DNA of 64,000 nucleotides from Minisyncoccota bacterium (GTDB lineage: Bacteria > Patescibacteriota > Minisyncoccia > Phycocordibacterales > UBA2100). Both the position numbers and the translations under genes were made by a program. The stretch's first letter is position 1, and every line of letters begins with the position of its first letter. Location of the stretch: positions 1,356-65,355 of the forward strand of contig JARLIE010000183.1 of the NCBI GenBank assembly GCA_031291875.1. The letters are read 5' to 3'. The notes beneath the pieces were generated by a model that ran no database searches, had not been told where the DNA came from, and saw only the letters and a program-made list of their open reading frames with translations. This document shows positions 48,847-57,119 of the stretch, piece after piece.

Positions 48847-49107
48847 GTGTCGTCTGGAGAAACAGGCGACGCAGAAATAGCCAGGACGTATTACAGCCGT
48901 GCCTGGTGGACCGGGCTGCTACCGGCGTTGATGATGGCCTCGGTGCTGTGCTCTGCCATCGGACGCTCCGGCGGTACGGCAAGCGAATATTTTGCGCAGC
49001 ATTGGTTGACTGTCCCTCTCATGCTCGTCAGCATCGCCGGCCTCTTGGCCTTCGCGACCGCAGACGTACTTCGTGGTTTGCGTCGGAGAGCCAAAATCGA
49101 CCGCTAA
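48847..49107 (+). CDS. small membrane protein (GTG start as called; true start uncertain)
   Basis: Two TM helices. It is preceded by a 3-codon uORF with a strong SD. Confidence 0.35.
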   Translation: MSSGETGDAEIARTYYSRAWWTGLLPALMMASVLCSAIGRSGGTASEYFAQHWLTVPLMLVSIAGLLAFATADVLRGLRRRAKIDR

Positions 49108-49122
49108 TCTTCCGCACATTAA

Positions 49123-49155
49123 AATAGCCACCGCTCGTCGGTGGCTATTCTTTTA
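49123..49155 (+). terminator. Rho-independent terminator
   Basis: AATAGCCACCG-ctcgtc-GGTGGCTATT followed by CTTTTAC. Confidence 0.65.
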
Positions 49156-49191
49156 CAGCACTCATTCGGATCGAGGCTATCGCTTCACGAA

Positions 49192-49262
49192 TTGCCGGAC
49201 TTGGATTCGAACCAAGATACTCGCCTCCAAAGGGCGATGTCCTACCATTAGACGATCCGGCA
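49192..49262 (-). tRNA. tRNA-Gln (anticodon TTG) with a U1:A72 first base pair
   Basis: Manual fold of the reverse complement. TGCCGGA acceptor, D-arm GTCT-AATGGTA-GGAC, anticodon stem TCGCC/GGCGA with loop CTTTGGA (TTG), T-arm CTTGG-TTCGAAT-CCAAG. U1:A72 is as in E. coli tRNA-Gln. Confidence 0.78.
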
Positions 49263-49377
49263 GCATCCAAACGAAGCCATAGTAGCAAATGACACGCAAA
49301 TGAGGAAACCATAGTCCCGTTCATGACACGATGGTACCTGGTTCCACAGAGCCGCATCTGGGGTATATACTCCGCCT

Positions 49378-50577
49378 ATGGATATCGAACGAGAAGCAAA
49401 AGAGTTATTGCTCAAGAACCGCCGTACGACCGACGGCCACCAATACACGCTCCCTTCTGCGCAGCACTACCCGTACCAGTGGCTGTGGGATTCTTGTTTT
49501 CACGCGATTATTCTCGCGCAATACGAGCCTGAGGCCGCGCGCCTTGAGATCCAATCGCTTCTGTCACGCCAACTCGACGACGGCATGGTCCCCCACATCA
49601 TTTATTGGGTTCCGGGCTCTTTGCATAATTTTAAGTGGGGCGTCGAAGGCACCAGCTCGCTCACCCAACCGCCGATGATCGCCTATGCGGCATGGGAAAT
49701 TCACCGGCGCGCACCGGATGAAACATTCCTGCCCTCGATCTACCAACAACTACTCTCCTACTATCGCTTTCTCATTGAAAAACGCGATCCGCAGGATGAA
49801 CACCTTGCCGGCATCATCAACCCCGACGAAAGTGGCGAGGATAATTCGCCTCGCTTCGATACGATCTTTTCGGCTCCACCAGACATTTCATACGAAGCAC
49901 ACCAAATGTTGCGTGAAAAACTTGTTGACGAAAACACCGCATGTAATTTCGACGTCGGCTACTTGAGTCGGGAGGGCACATTCTGGGTCAAAGATGTCCT
50001 CTTCAATACAGTGCTGGTAGAAAACTTGCGCGCGCTCAGCCACATCGCTTCCTTTCTCAAACACGAAGAGGGCGAACATTTCGCCAATCAAAACGCGGAA
50101 CTCATCGCAAGCGGTATGCGAGAAAAACTTTTCGACGGTCGCGTCTTCCGCTCTGTCTACGGCCTCGACCACAAACCGCTTCTTGCGGATACGTGGGTCA
50201 AGTTTGCGCCGCTGTTTGCAGGATTGTATTCAACAGAAGAAGCGCAGCGTCTCATCAAAGAATATCTCCTCGATGAAGGAAGTTTCTGGGCCCCGTACGG
50301 TATGCGCACAACTTCCAAACACGAGGCCGCGTATCGGGCCGGAGGTTTTGGCGACAAATTCTCCTGGCGAGGACCAGTTTGGATGTCACCGCACTGGTTT
50401 GTATATCACGGCTTGCAACGATATGGGTATATGGAAGAAGCCGCGCAGCTCCGACAAAAAAGCATTGCGCTGATAGAGCGTTCCGGTTTTCGAGAATGCT
50501 TCAATCCCGAAACAGGCGAAGGAGAAGGCGCCCACGGTTTTACCTGGGGCGCGCTGATCTTGGATATGAATCCTTAG
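49378..50577 (+). CDS. six-hairpin glycoside hydrolase (GH63 / mannosylglycerate-glucosylglycerate hydrolase-like)
   Basis: 399 aa. YPYQWLWDSCFHAI and WRGPVWMSPHWFVYHGL motifs, typical of GH63/GH37-like (alpha/alpha)6 glucosidases. Confidence 0.65.
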   Translation: MDIEREAKELLLKNRRTTDGHQYTLPSAQHYPYQWLWDSCFHAIILAQYEPEAARLEIQSLLSRQLDDGMVPHIIYWVPGSLHNFKWGVEGTSSLTQPPMIAYAAWEIHRRAPDETFLPSIYQQLLSYYRFLIEKRDPQDEHLAGIINPDESGEDNSPRFDTIFSAPPDISYEAHQMLREKLVDENTACNFDVGYLSREGTFWVKDVLFNTVLVENLRALSHIASFLKHEEGEHFANQNAELIASGMREKLFDGRVFRSVYGLDHKPLLADTWVKFAPLFAGLYSTEEAQRLIKEYLLDEGSFWAPYGMRTTSKHEAAYRAGGFGDKFSWRGPVWMSPHWFVYHGLQRYGYMEEAAQLRQKSIALIERSGFRECFNPETGEGEGAHGFTWGALILDMNP

Positions 50578-50588
50578 GCTGTGCCGTT

Positions 50589-50711
50589 GCCGGAGCGGAT
50601 AGGTTTTCTGTTTTGTCTGGCGAGGACTGGCGCCCATCGACCCTCCAACCAAGACCACCCAAAATCCCTGCGCTCCGCAGACGACAAAACAGAAAACCCA
50701 TCCGCTGCGGC
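50589..50711. repeat. long imperfect inverted repeat (about 30-bp arms, about 65-nt spacer) between convergent genes
   Basis: Arm 50589-50617 GCCGGAGCGGATAGGTTTTCTGTTTTGTC. Arm 50683-50711, reverse complement GCCGCAGCGGATGGGTTTTCTGTTTTGTC. Confidence 0.7.
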
Positions 50712-51749
50712 TTATTCCCCCTTACAAATATCAATAACCGCAAGTTCAAGCGGCAAATGAACGACGGCGGCATAGGCCATCGTCGAGTACGCATCAAGGA
50801 GCATGCGAAGCGTCTCCGAATTCACACCTCGTTCTTTGGAGATCTCCTTGGCGAGTTCAACATCTTCAGCCGACAATTCTTTTGAAAATTCTTCCGCCAA
50901 CTCCGGAGCATACCGAATGAGCAGCACGACCCGCATTCGATGGATCAAAAGCTTCGCGAGTGTTCGCGCGTCGAGATTTTGCGAGACAGCTTCGTGGATA
51001 GCGCGCAGTGCGAGCGTCGCATCTTTTTTGGCGATGCCGGAGAGAAGGTTTCGCACGAGAGCGCCGCGCGGCGCCCCAGAAACCTGTTCGATTTCGGCAA
51101 GGTCGATCTTTTTGTCGGAAGAAACGGCGAGTACTTTTTGCAAAATAGAAAGCGCGTCGCGAAACGACCCTTCTGCAAGCAGGGCCACCAGCTCCGCTGC
51201 GGAGCGCTCGATCGCGTATCCCTCTTTCTTCGCGACATCTTGCACCGCCTGTGCGAGCACGTCGCGCGTCGGCTGTTTAAAGGTGTAGATCTCGCAGCGC
51301 GACTGGATGGTGTCGGGCACCTTATCCCGTTCGGTCGTCGCGAGCACGAAGATCGCATGCGCCGGCGGTTCTTCAAGCGTCTTCAAAAGCGCATTCCATG
51401 CCTGACGCGAGAGCATGTGCGCCTCGTCGATAATATAAAACTTGTACTTCGAGTCGAACGGAGAGGTTTGCACGCCTTCGCGCAGCTCGCGGATGTTGTC
51501 GACGCCGGTATTCGATGCCGCGTCGATTTCGTAGAGATCTTTGTCGGAAACGCCGAGCTCCTTGGCGAGGATACGAGCAACGGAGGTCTTCCCGGTCCCT
51601 CGCGTTCCGGCAAAAAGATAGGCATGCGCGATCTTATTATTCTTGATCGCCTTTTCGAGTGTCTCTGTCACCTGCTCCTGGCCGCGCACTTCATCGAACG
51701 AATGCGGGCGGTATTCGCGATACAAAGTGGCATGGCGCTCTTTTGTCAT
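50712..51749 (-). CDS. dnaX: DNA polymerase III subunit gamma/tau, short (gamma-like) form
   Basis: AAA+ motifs AYLFAGTRGTGKTS and IIDEAHML, then clamp-loader domain III. Only about 345 aa, so the tau C-terminal domains are absent. Confidence 0.9.
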   Translation of the reverse strand: MTKERHATLYREYRPHSFDEVRGQEQVTETLEKAIKNNKIAHAYLFAGTRGTGKTSVARILAKELGVSDKDLYEIDAASNTGVDNIRELREGVQTSPFDSKYKFYIIDEAHMLSRQAWNALLKTLEEPPAHAIFVLATTERDKVPDTIQSRCEIYTFKQPTRDVLAQAVQDVAKKEGYAIERSAAELVALLAEGSFRDALSILQKVLAVSSDKKIDLAEIEQVSGAPRGALVRNLLSGIAKKDATLALRAIHEAVSQNLDARTLAKLLIHRMRVVLLIRYAPELAEEFSKELSAEDVELAKEISKERGVNSETLRMLLDAYSTMAYAAVVHLPLELAVIDICKGE

Positions 51750-51820
51750 GGAGAGCAGTATACCCAAAAAGAACGACGTATGGGAACTGCTTCTGCGCGG
51801 ACTGTTTGTCGACGAAGACC

Positions 51821-51868
51821 AAATAAAAAGGCCGGCAGGGAGTTCCTGCCGGCCTACTTTGTGTTTTT
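51821..51868 (-). terminator. Rho-independent terminator for the 51887 gene
   Basis: AGGCCGGCAGG-gagtt-CCTGCCGGCCT flanked by A-tract and T-tract. On the minus strand it is followed by TTTTATTTGG. Confidence 0.7.
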
Positions 51869-51886
51869 CCTTGCGTCGCGAGGAAT

Positions 51887-53536
51887 TTACTCGCGCTTGA
51901 GGAAGATCATTTGCGGCGTCATCGCGGGATGAATGACGATTTCCGCAGCTTCGTAGCCGCTCTCGCGCCGTGCAGCGATCGCTGCTGCGCGCTGTGGCGC
52001 CGCCTCAGGACCAAGCTTCAGCGAAACAAGGTCGATGTCGACGAACCTACCCAGCCCGACAAGACTGATGTGCACGGGCAACAGTTCAGCCAATTGATGA
52101 GACTGCCCGTTGGATCCGTTCCCGTTCGAATGCCGGATGGCAGGTGCGACATCTTCAGCGTGAGCCGGCATGCTGGCGGGCATCGGCTGTTCGTGCGAAG
52201 CCTTCGCGACCTGTTTCTCCAGCTTCGCAGCCGGCTTCTCAGGCTTCGGGCTTTTCTTCTCGCGCTTCGTGAGTCGCTCCTTGATTGCGGCGACCTGGTC
52301 GGCCGAGGAGAGATCGGCCAATCCGAACAAAAACGAGATCGGAAGATGCTGCGCGCCGAGCGCTTTCCAGGCAGATTGCGTCAAGTTATTGAGCTTGAGA
52401 ATGTTGGTGGCCCAGGTTGCCCCGCTTGAACCGCCGTATCCGAACGCTTCGCCGATTGCGGTTCTGGTCTCGCCATTTTGGGAGAGGGTCATGGCCGCGG
52501 TGAGCACCTCGCTCACGTGCGGATATTCCTCGCCGCTCGATTTCGCTTCGGCATACCTCGACACGATCTTCTTGGCTTCTTGAAGCTCGTCGTTATCCAT
52601 CGGTATAGACTCCTTCTCTGTGGTTGCCTCACTTTCTTGCGCGTCGGCATGGGCCGGCAGCGTCGTCTCATCCACCGCCGGAGCGGCGTGTAGCTTCGTG
52701 TTGAGCGTGGCAGCGGAAGTTGAGATTTCTCTGATCGTTGCACCTGCCGATTCTCGCGGCTGTTCCTCGAGCGTTACCGCGAATTCGACGCTCTGTTTTT
52801 CGCGCTCATGCTCGTGCGAAAGCGACAGCTCATCAGCGTCCTCTTCGAGACTTTCGTCGTCGAGTTCGAAAGACGCGTTTGGATCATCACTTTGTTTTGC
52901 GGCGAGCTTGAATTTTTCGTTACGTTCGCGCTCGTTGTAATCCAGCAAGATTTTTCCTGCCTTTATAAGCCGGTCGCGTTCTCGCTCGATATGCCCGAGT
53001 CTGAGTTTACGGAAGACAATCGGTAGCGCTTCGGCGGCCGAACGGACGCCGTAGTTCTTCTTTGCGAGCTCGCGATTCACGTACGTTTCGTCGTAGCCGT
53101 ACGCAAACCAGTGCAGCACTTGTCGTTCGCCTCCGCTAAGTTCCTTGAGGCGAGCACACTCTTCGTTCGTCGAACTTGGCATTTTATTCACCTCCCTATC
53201 TTCAAGCCGTGTTCGCAGCCACGAAAGCCCTTGCTGAACGGGTTGCGACGTGGTTATCGGCCGATCGCCCTGATGCAGCTCACACAAACCGAGCACCGGA
53301 TTAACGACCTTTTTCGGATCGCTTACGTGCAGCTCGAGACATTTGCGGCACAAACGAAGCGCCGAATTACAGTTTGATCCGCAGCATCCTTGCAGATTAC
53401 GTTGGTACAAACGCGTAAAATCAGCGCACGCATCCTTTTCCGCACCGTTTTCACGGAACGGACATATATGAGGAAAGGAGGTACGCTGCTGACCTCCTTT
53501 GCGCTCTATTCGCACAATTTGGTCTTCGTACGGCAT
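51887..53536 (-). CDS. hypothetical protein with Cys-rich N-terminus, putative HTH, long acidic disordered linker and C-terminal domain
   Basis: 549 aa. Strong SDs precede both M1 (GGAAGGAGG) and the in-frame M119 (AGGGAGGTG). Cys cluster C25/C37/C52/C53/C57/C63/C66/C85. HTH-like LKELSGGERQVLHWFAYGYDETYVNRELAKKNYGVRSAAEALPIVFRKLRL. Asp/Glu-rich low-complexity middle. Confidence 0.5.
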   Translation of the reverse strand: MPYEDQIVRIERKGGQQRTSFPHICPFRENGAEKDACADFTRLYQRNLQGCCGSNCNSALRLCRKCLELHVSDPKKVVNPVLGLCELHQGDRPITTSQPVQQGLSWLRTRLEDREVNKMPSSTNEECARLKELSGGERQVLHWFAYGYDETYVNRELAKKNYGVRSAAEALPIVFRKLRLGHIERERDRLIKAGKILLDYNERERNEKFKLAAKQSDDPNASFELDDESLEEDADELSLSHEHEREKQSVEFAVTLEEQPRESAGATIREISTSAATLNTKLHAAPAVDETTLPAHADAQESEATTEKESIPMDNDELQEAKKIVSRYAEAKSSGEEYPHVSEVLTAAMTLSQNGETRTAIGEAFGYGGSSGATWATNILKLNNLTQSAWKALGAQHLPISFLFGLADLSSADQVAAIKERLTKREKKSPKPEKPAAKLEKQVAKASHEQPMPASMPAHAEDVAPAIRHSNGNGSNGQSHQLAELLPVHISLVGLGRFVDIDLVSLKLGPEAAPQRAAAIAARRESGYEAAEIVIHPAMTPQMIFLKRE

Positions 53537-53602
53537 AACGAACCTCCTTCCGAGAGTTCCGCTCTTGTGATGTGAAAGAGCGAGCCGTCCATCACAGTAG
53601 CG

Positions 53603-54571
53603 TCATTTTGACACTTGTCCAATCCCATTCAACACTTTAAGCGCTTCCGTAGCCGAGTTCGTTTCCATCAGCTGAATACGAAGATCTTTTGCACCGTCCC
53701 AGCCGGAAATGTATGCCTTGAAATGCTTTTTCATTGTCGCGAAATTTGAGACCTCGCCGAGCAGCTCATCAAAGAGTTTAATGTGCTGTATCAACGACTC
53801 TATGCGCTCTTGCGGCGTCGGCGGATCTTTGCGGTCGGCAAAAAGCCATGGGTTACCGAAAATCGCTCTGCCAAGCATCACTCCGTCGCAATTTGTCGCG
53901 GCGACTTTCGCACGAGCGTCGTTGAGATCCGTAACGTCTCCGTTGCCGATGAGTCGTGTTTGCGGCGAATACTCATCGCGTAAGGCAACGGCCCTCGCGA
54001 TGCGCTCCCAACGCGCTGGCACATCGGAGAGTTCCTTTCTCGTACGCGCGTGAAGAGCGAGCGCGGCAGGATGTTCGCTCAAAAGTTCGGGAATCCAGGT
54101 TTCTAATTCATCAATGTTGTATCCCAAGCGGGTTTTGACCGAAACCGGACCGTCGAACCCAGATTTTGCCGCACGAATAATCTCACGCGCGAGCTGCGGC
54201 GTTTGGATCATTGCCGCGCCACAACCCCCCTTTTCTATCGCACGATCGGGGCAGCCCATATTGATATCGAGCCCGTCGAAGCCGAGCTCTTCCACGATTT
54301 TTGCCGCCGCTTCCATGTGCGCCGGCACCGCTGTAAATAATTGGGCAACGATAGGGCGCTCGATTTCGCTAAACAGCAGCTTGCTGCGCAACTGCTTTTG
54401 CCCGTGTTCATTCGCGAGCAAGAGTCCGTCCGCCGAGGTGAATTCCGTATAGAAAACGTGCGGTTTGCCATGGCGCGCGATATGGCGTCGGAATGCGGCG
54501 TCGGTCACATCCTCGAGTGGCGCGAGGACGAAAAAGGGCTTGGGAAGTTCGCTCCAAAAGTTTTGCACCAC
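53603..54571 (-). CDS. dus: tRNA-dihydrouridine synthase
   Basis: FVLAPLEDVTD...GFDGLDINMGCP...catalytic Cys, FMN-binding TIM barrel. Confidence 0.93.
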   Translation of the reverse strand: MVQNFWSELPKPFFVLAPLEDVTDAAFRRHIARHGKPHVFYTEFTSADGLLLANEHGQKQLRSKLLFSEIERPIVAQLFTAVPAHMEAAAKIVEELGFDGLDINMGCPDRAIEKGGCGAAMIQTPQLAREIIRAAKSGFDGPVSVKTRLGYNIDELETWIPELLSEHPAALALHARTRKELSDVPARWERIARAVALRDEYSPQTRLIGNGDVTDLNDARAKVAATNCDGVMLGRAIFGNPWLFADRKDPPTPQERIESLIQHIKLFDELLGEVSNFATMKKHFKAYISGWDGAKDLRIQLMETNSATEALKVLNGIGQVSK

Positions 54572-54712
54572 GAAAACATACCACGCTTTGACACAAAGGT
54601 TGCTGTGGAGAGATACTTGTAAGAGGTAGGGGTTTGTAGCGCGTCCTCTTCTGGCTCTTGTGTTCTCTCGCTATTCTCATTTCGTTTTCATGCAAAACAC
54701 TGAGGTACAGAG

Positions 54713-54892
54713 ATGTCGAAGGGAGATAAAATTCCAGATACCGAGAAGAATTGCGGCTTCTTAACCGCTCCGACAAAACAGGAAGAGCAGGAATGGAGCG
54801 AGGAGCGGTGGCGGGGTCGTTTTCCGGACACGAGCGAACCGGCATTCGAAAAATGGCTTACGGAGCGTCGCAATCGCATGGACCTTTTCTGA
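54713..54892 (+). CDS. hypothetical small protein (59 aa)
   Basis: Not in the ORF track. GAGGT SD 6 nt upstream. Translation: MSKGDKIPDTEKNCGFLTAPTKQEEQEWSEERWRGRFPDTSEPAFEKWLTERRNRMDLF. It is followed by a plus-strand terminator at 54911-54939. Confidence 0.4.
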   Translation: MSKGDKIPDTEKNCGFLTAPTKQEEQEWSEERWRGRFPDTSEPAFEKWLTERRNRMDLF

Positions 54893-54910
54893 ACAAAACT
54901 TCCCTATGCA

Positions 54911-54939
54911 AAGGGTCGCTCGCGCGACCCTTTATTTTT
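54911..54939 (+). terminator. Rho-independent terminator
   Basis: AAGGGTCGC-tcgc-GCGACCCTT followed by TATTTTTG. It overlaps the ftsQ stop codon. Confidence 0.65.
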
Positions 54940-55855
54940 GCTTGGTACTGGAAGCCACTCCTTGCGCCTGCCCTTTTAATTTGTAGTAGACCTTGTTTCC
55001 GAAACGTAAATCCACGTACTGCAGATTCTGCTGCTGGCCGGCAAGAGCGTTCGAGGTGAGCACGAGCTGGAGATTATTGACGAGCGCGCCCGGATCCTCG
55101 CCGAAGGACGCATATACGGAGAATCCTTGCGAAAGCGGGACGATAAAATCCTGATCGTTCTGGACGCTCGCCCCAAGCGGCGTAAAACCAGACTGTCCGA
55201 GCAACTGCAAGAACGCGACGAGTCCTTGCGTGTGACCGGGCACGAAGGTTTGCCCGATCGGCGCAGAGGAGGTGGAAACGCCGCCAGTAAATACATATTC
55301 CCCGGAACTGGTCGCATTTGGCGGGACCTGCGAAAAGATAAAGCCACCCTGATCCATCGCGTAGCAAGCGGGAATCGAGTCGGAAGAGCACCAGATTGCA
55401 AACGCCTGTCGCTCCACGATTGTGATCGTAATCGAGTTTGAAAACGCATCACCGGTGATGGTCGCAGACGCGACGCGTGGAAACTCGCGCGGGATATCCT
55501 GCTCGATTACCGCTTTTGGATACAAAAGAACGTTTGCTCTCGAGAAGAAGTGGTGGGAACCGTCGTAGATGATAGTTTGCGCAAAATCAACGATCGATTT
55601 GGCGGATGTCGCCTGTGCTCCAGTTACTTGAATCGATTCGACGGAATAGCGCGGCAGGTACGAGACATAACTGAGGCACAGTGCGCCCGCAACGAGCAGT
55701 GCGGCGACATACGAGGCAATTACCATTTTCAACCGTCTGCGGCGGATGCGCACGGGAGAAACCCGCTTCTGTGGTCGAAGCACTAGCGGCGCCTGGGCCG
55801 GCACACGGGCACCAGGCCTCTTCTTGCGAAGATCAACTACGTTTCGAGATGACAT
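54932..55855 (-). CDS. ftsQ: cell-division protein FtsQ/DivIB (POTRA domain)
   Basis: Basic cytoplasmic tail, TM helix (MVIASYVAALLVAGALCL), POTRA (YSVESIQVTGAQATS...ITIVERQAFAIW). The start is ambiguous (55855 or 55903); either overlaps the serS 3' end. Confidence 0.7.
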   Translation of the reverse strand: MSSRNVVDLRKKRPGARVPAQAPLVLRPQKRVSPVRIRRRRLKMVIASYVAALLVAGALCLSYVSYLPRYSVESIQVTGAQATSAKSIVDFAQTIIYDGSHHFFSRANVLLYPKAVIEQDIPREFPRVASATITGDAFSNSITITIVERQAFAIWCSSDSIPACYAMDQGGFIFSQVPPNATSSGEYVFTGGVSTSSAPIGQTFVPGHTQGLVAFLQLLGQSGFTPLGASVQNDQDFIVPLSQGFSVYASFGEDPGALVNNLQLVLTSNALAGQQQNLQYVDLRFGNKVYYKLKGQAQGVASSTKQK

Positions 55856-57101
55856 CGGTGCCCATATAACCCCGAAGCGCTTCGGGGACCTGAATCGAGC
55901 CATCCTGCAGCTGGTAGTTCTCTACGACTTGGCAGAGAATTCTCGGCAGCGCGAGCGCGGTGTTGTTGAGCGAGTGCGCGTAGCGCACGGTGCCGTCCTC
56001 ATCGCGATAGCGAATATTGAGGCGTCGCGTTTGAAAGTCGTGGAAATAGGAGGACGAGTGCGTTTCGCGGTAGGTATTTTCGCTCGGCATCCAGGTTTCG
56101 ATGTCGTACTTTTTCACCTGTCCCAGGCCGATATCGCCGCCGCAATTTACAACAACATGGTACGGCAGCTTTAATTCTTGCAAAAGAAGTTCGGAATTCG
56201 CCGTAAGTTCTTCATGCCACTTCACGGATTCGGCGTGGTTGGCTTCGCACAAAACGACCTGCTCGTATTTCATAAATTCGTGGACGCGTACCAACCCCTT
56301 CGTGTCCTTGCCGTGAGAACCAGCTTCGCGGCGAAAACACGCAGAATACGAAAAGAATTTAAGCGGGAGATCTTTTTTCTCGAGCATCTCGTCCATGTAA
56401 TACCCCATTGTCGCCACCTCCGCGGTACCCGCGAGATAGTCGCTGTCCTGGGTTTTGTAGAGATCTTCTTCGGATTGCGGCAAATACCCCGTACCAACGA
56501 ACGGCTCGCGTCGCACCAAGCTCGGCACAATCATCGGCGTAAAGTCCTTTTGCGCAAAGCGGTTTTGTACGAATTGCTCGAGCGCCCACGCCAGTTTGGC
56601 GCCTGCACCTTTGAGGAAGTAGCCTCGAAAGCCGGCAACTTTCGCGCCGCGTTCGAAATCCGCCATGTCGTTGAACAGCATCAGTTCGACGTGATTCTTG
56701 GGTTCAAACGTGAATACTGGTTTTTCTCCCCATGTTCGAACCTGTACATTGTCCGCGTCAGATTCCCCTTCCGGCACGGAAATATCCGGCACGTTCGGCA
56801 CCTGTACCATCAAGGCGCGCCATTCCTGCATGACCTGTTGCATCTTTTCTTCCTGCGCAGTAAGCGTCTCCTTCAAGGTTTTCATCTCGAGAAGCAGCGT
56901 GTCTCGACGCGCTTGATCCGCCGACGGTATCTCTTTGCTTACCTGGTTTTGTTTCGAGCGACCCTCGTCGAGCGAAAGCTGCAACGCGCGACGTTCGTCA
57001 TCGAGTTCCAAAAGGCGGTCGATGTCGACCTGTATTCGCTTCTTCTTGGCGCCCGCGATAACGATATCCTTGTTCTCGCGGATGAACTTGATATCAAGCA
57101 T
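55833..57101 (-). CDS. serS: seryl-tRNA synthetase
   Basis: Start at MLDIKFIRENKDIV. N-terminal coiled-coil arm and class II core motifs. The long 5' extension of the track ORF is unsupported. Confidence 0.95.
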   Translation of the reverse strand: MLDIKFIRENKDIVIAGAKKKRIQVDIDRLLELDDERRALQLSLDEGRSKQNQVSKEIPSADQARRDTLLLEMKTLKETLTAQEEKMQQVMQEWRALMVQVPNVPDISVPEGESDADNVQVRTWGEKPVFTFEPKNHVELMLFNDMADFERGAKVAGFRGYFLKGAGAKLAWALEQFVQNRFAQKDFTPMIVPSLVRREPFVGTGYLPQSEEDLYKTQDSDYLAGTAEVATMGYYMDEMLEKKDLPLKFFSYSACFRREAGSHGKDTKGLVRVHEFMKYEQVVLCEANHAESVKWHEELTANSELLLQELKLPYHVVVNCGGDIGLGQVKKYDIETWMPSENTYRETHSSSYFHDFQTRRLNIRYRDEDGTVRYAHSLNNTALALPRILCQVVENYQLQDGSIQVPEALRGYMGTDVISKRS

Positions 57102-57119
57102 ATGTAGTAGAATACCATT

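Noticed and set aside
50940-51932. 330-aa plus-strand ORF
   Set aside because: It is antisense to dnaX and spans the dnaX upstream terminator.
56178-57107. 309-aa plus-strand ORF
   Set aside because: It is antisense to serS, which has class II aaRS motifs.
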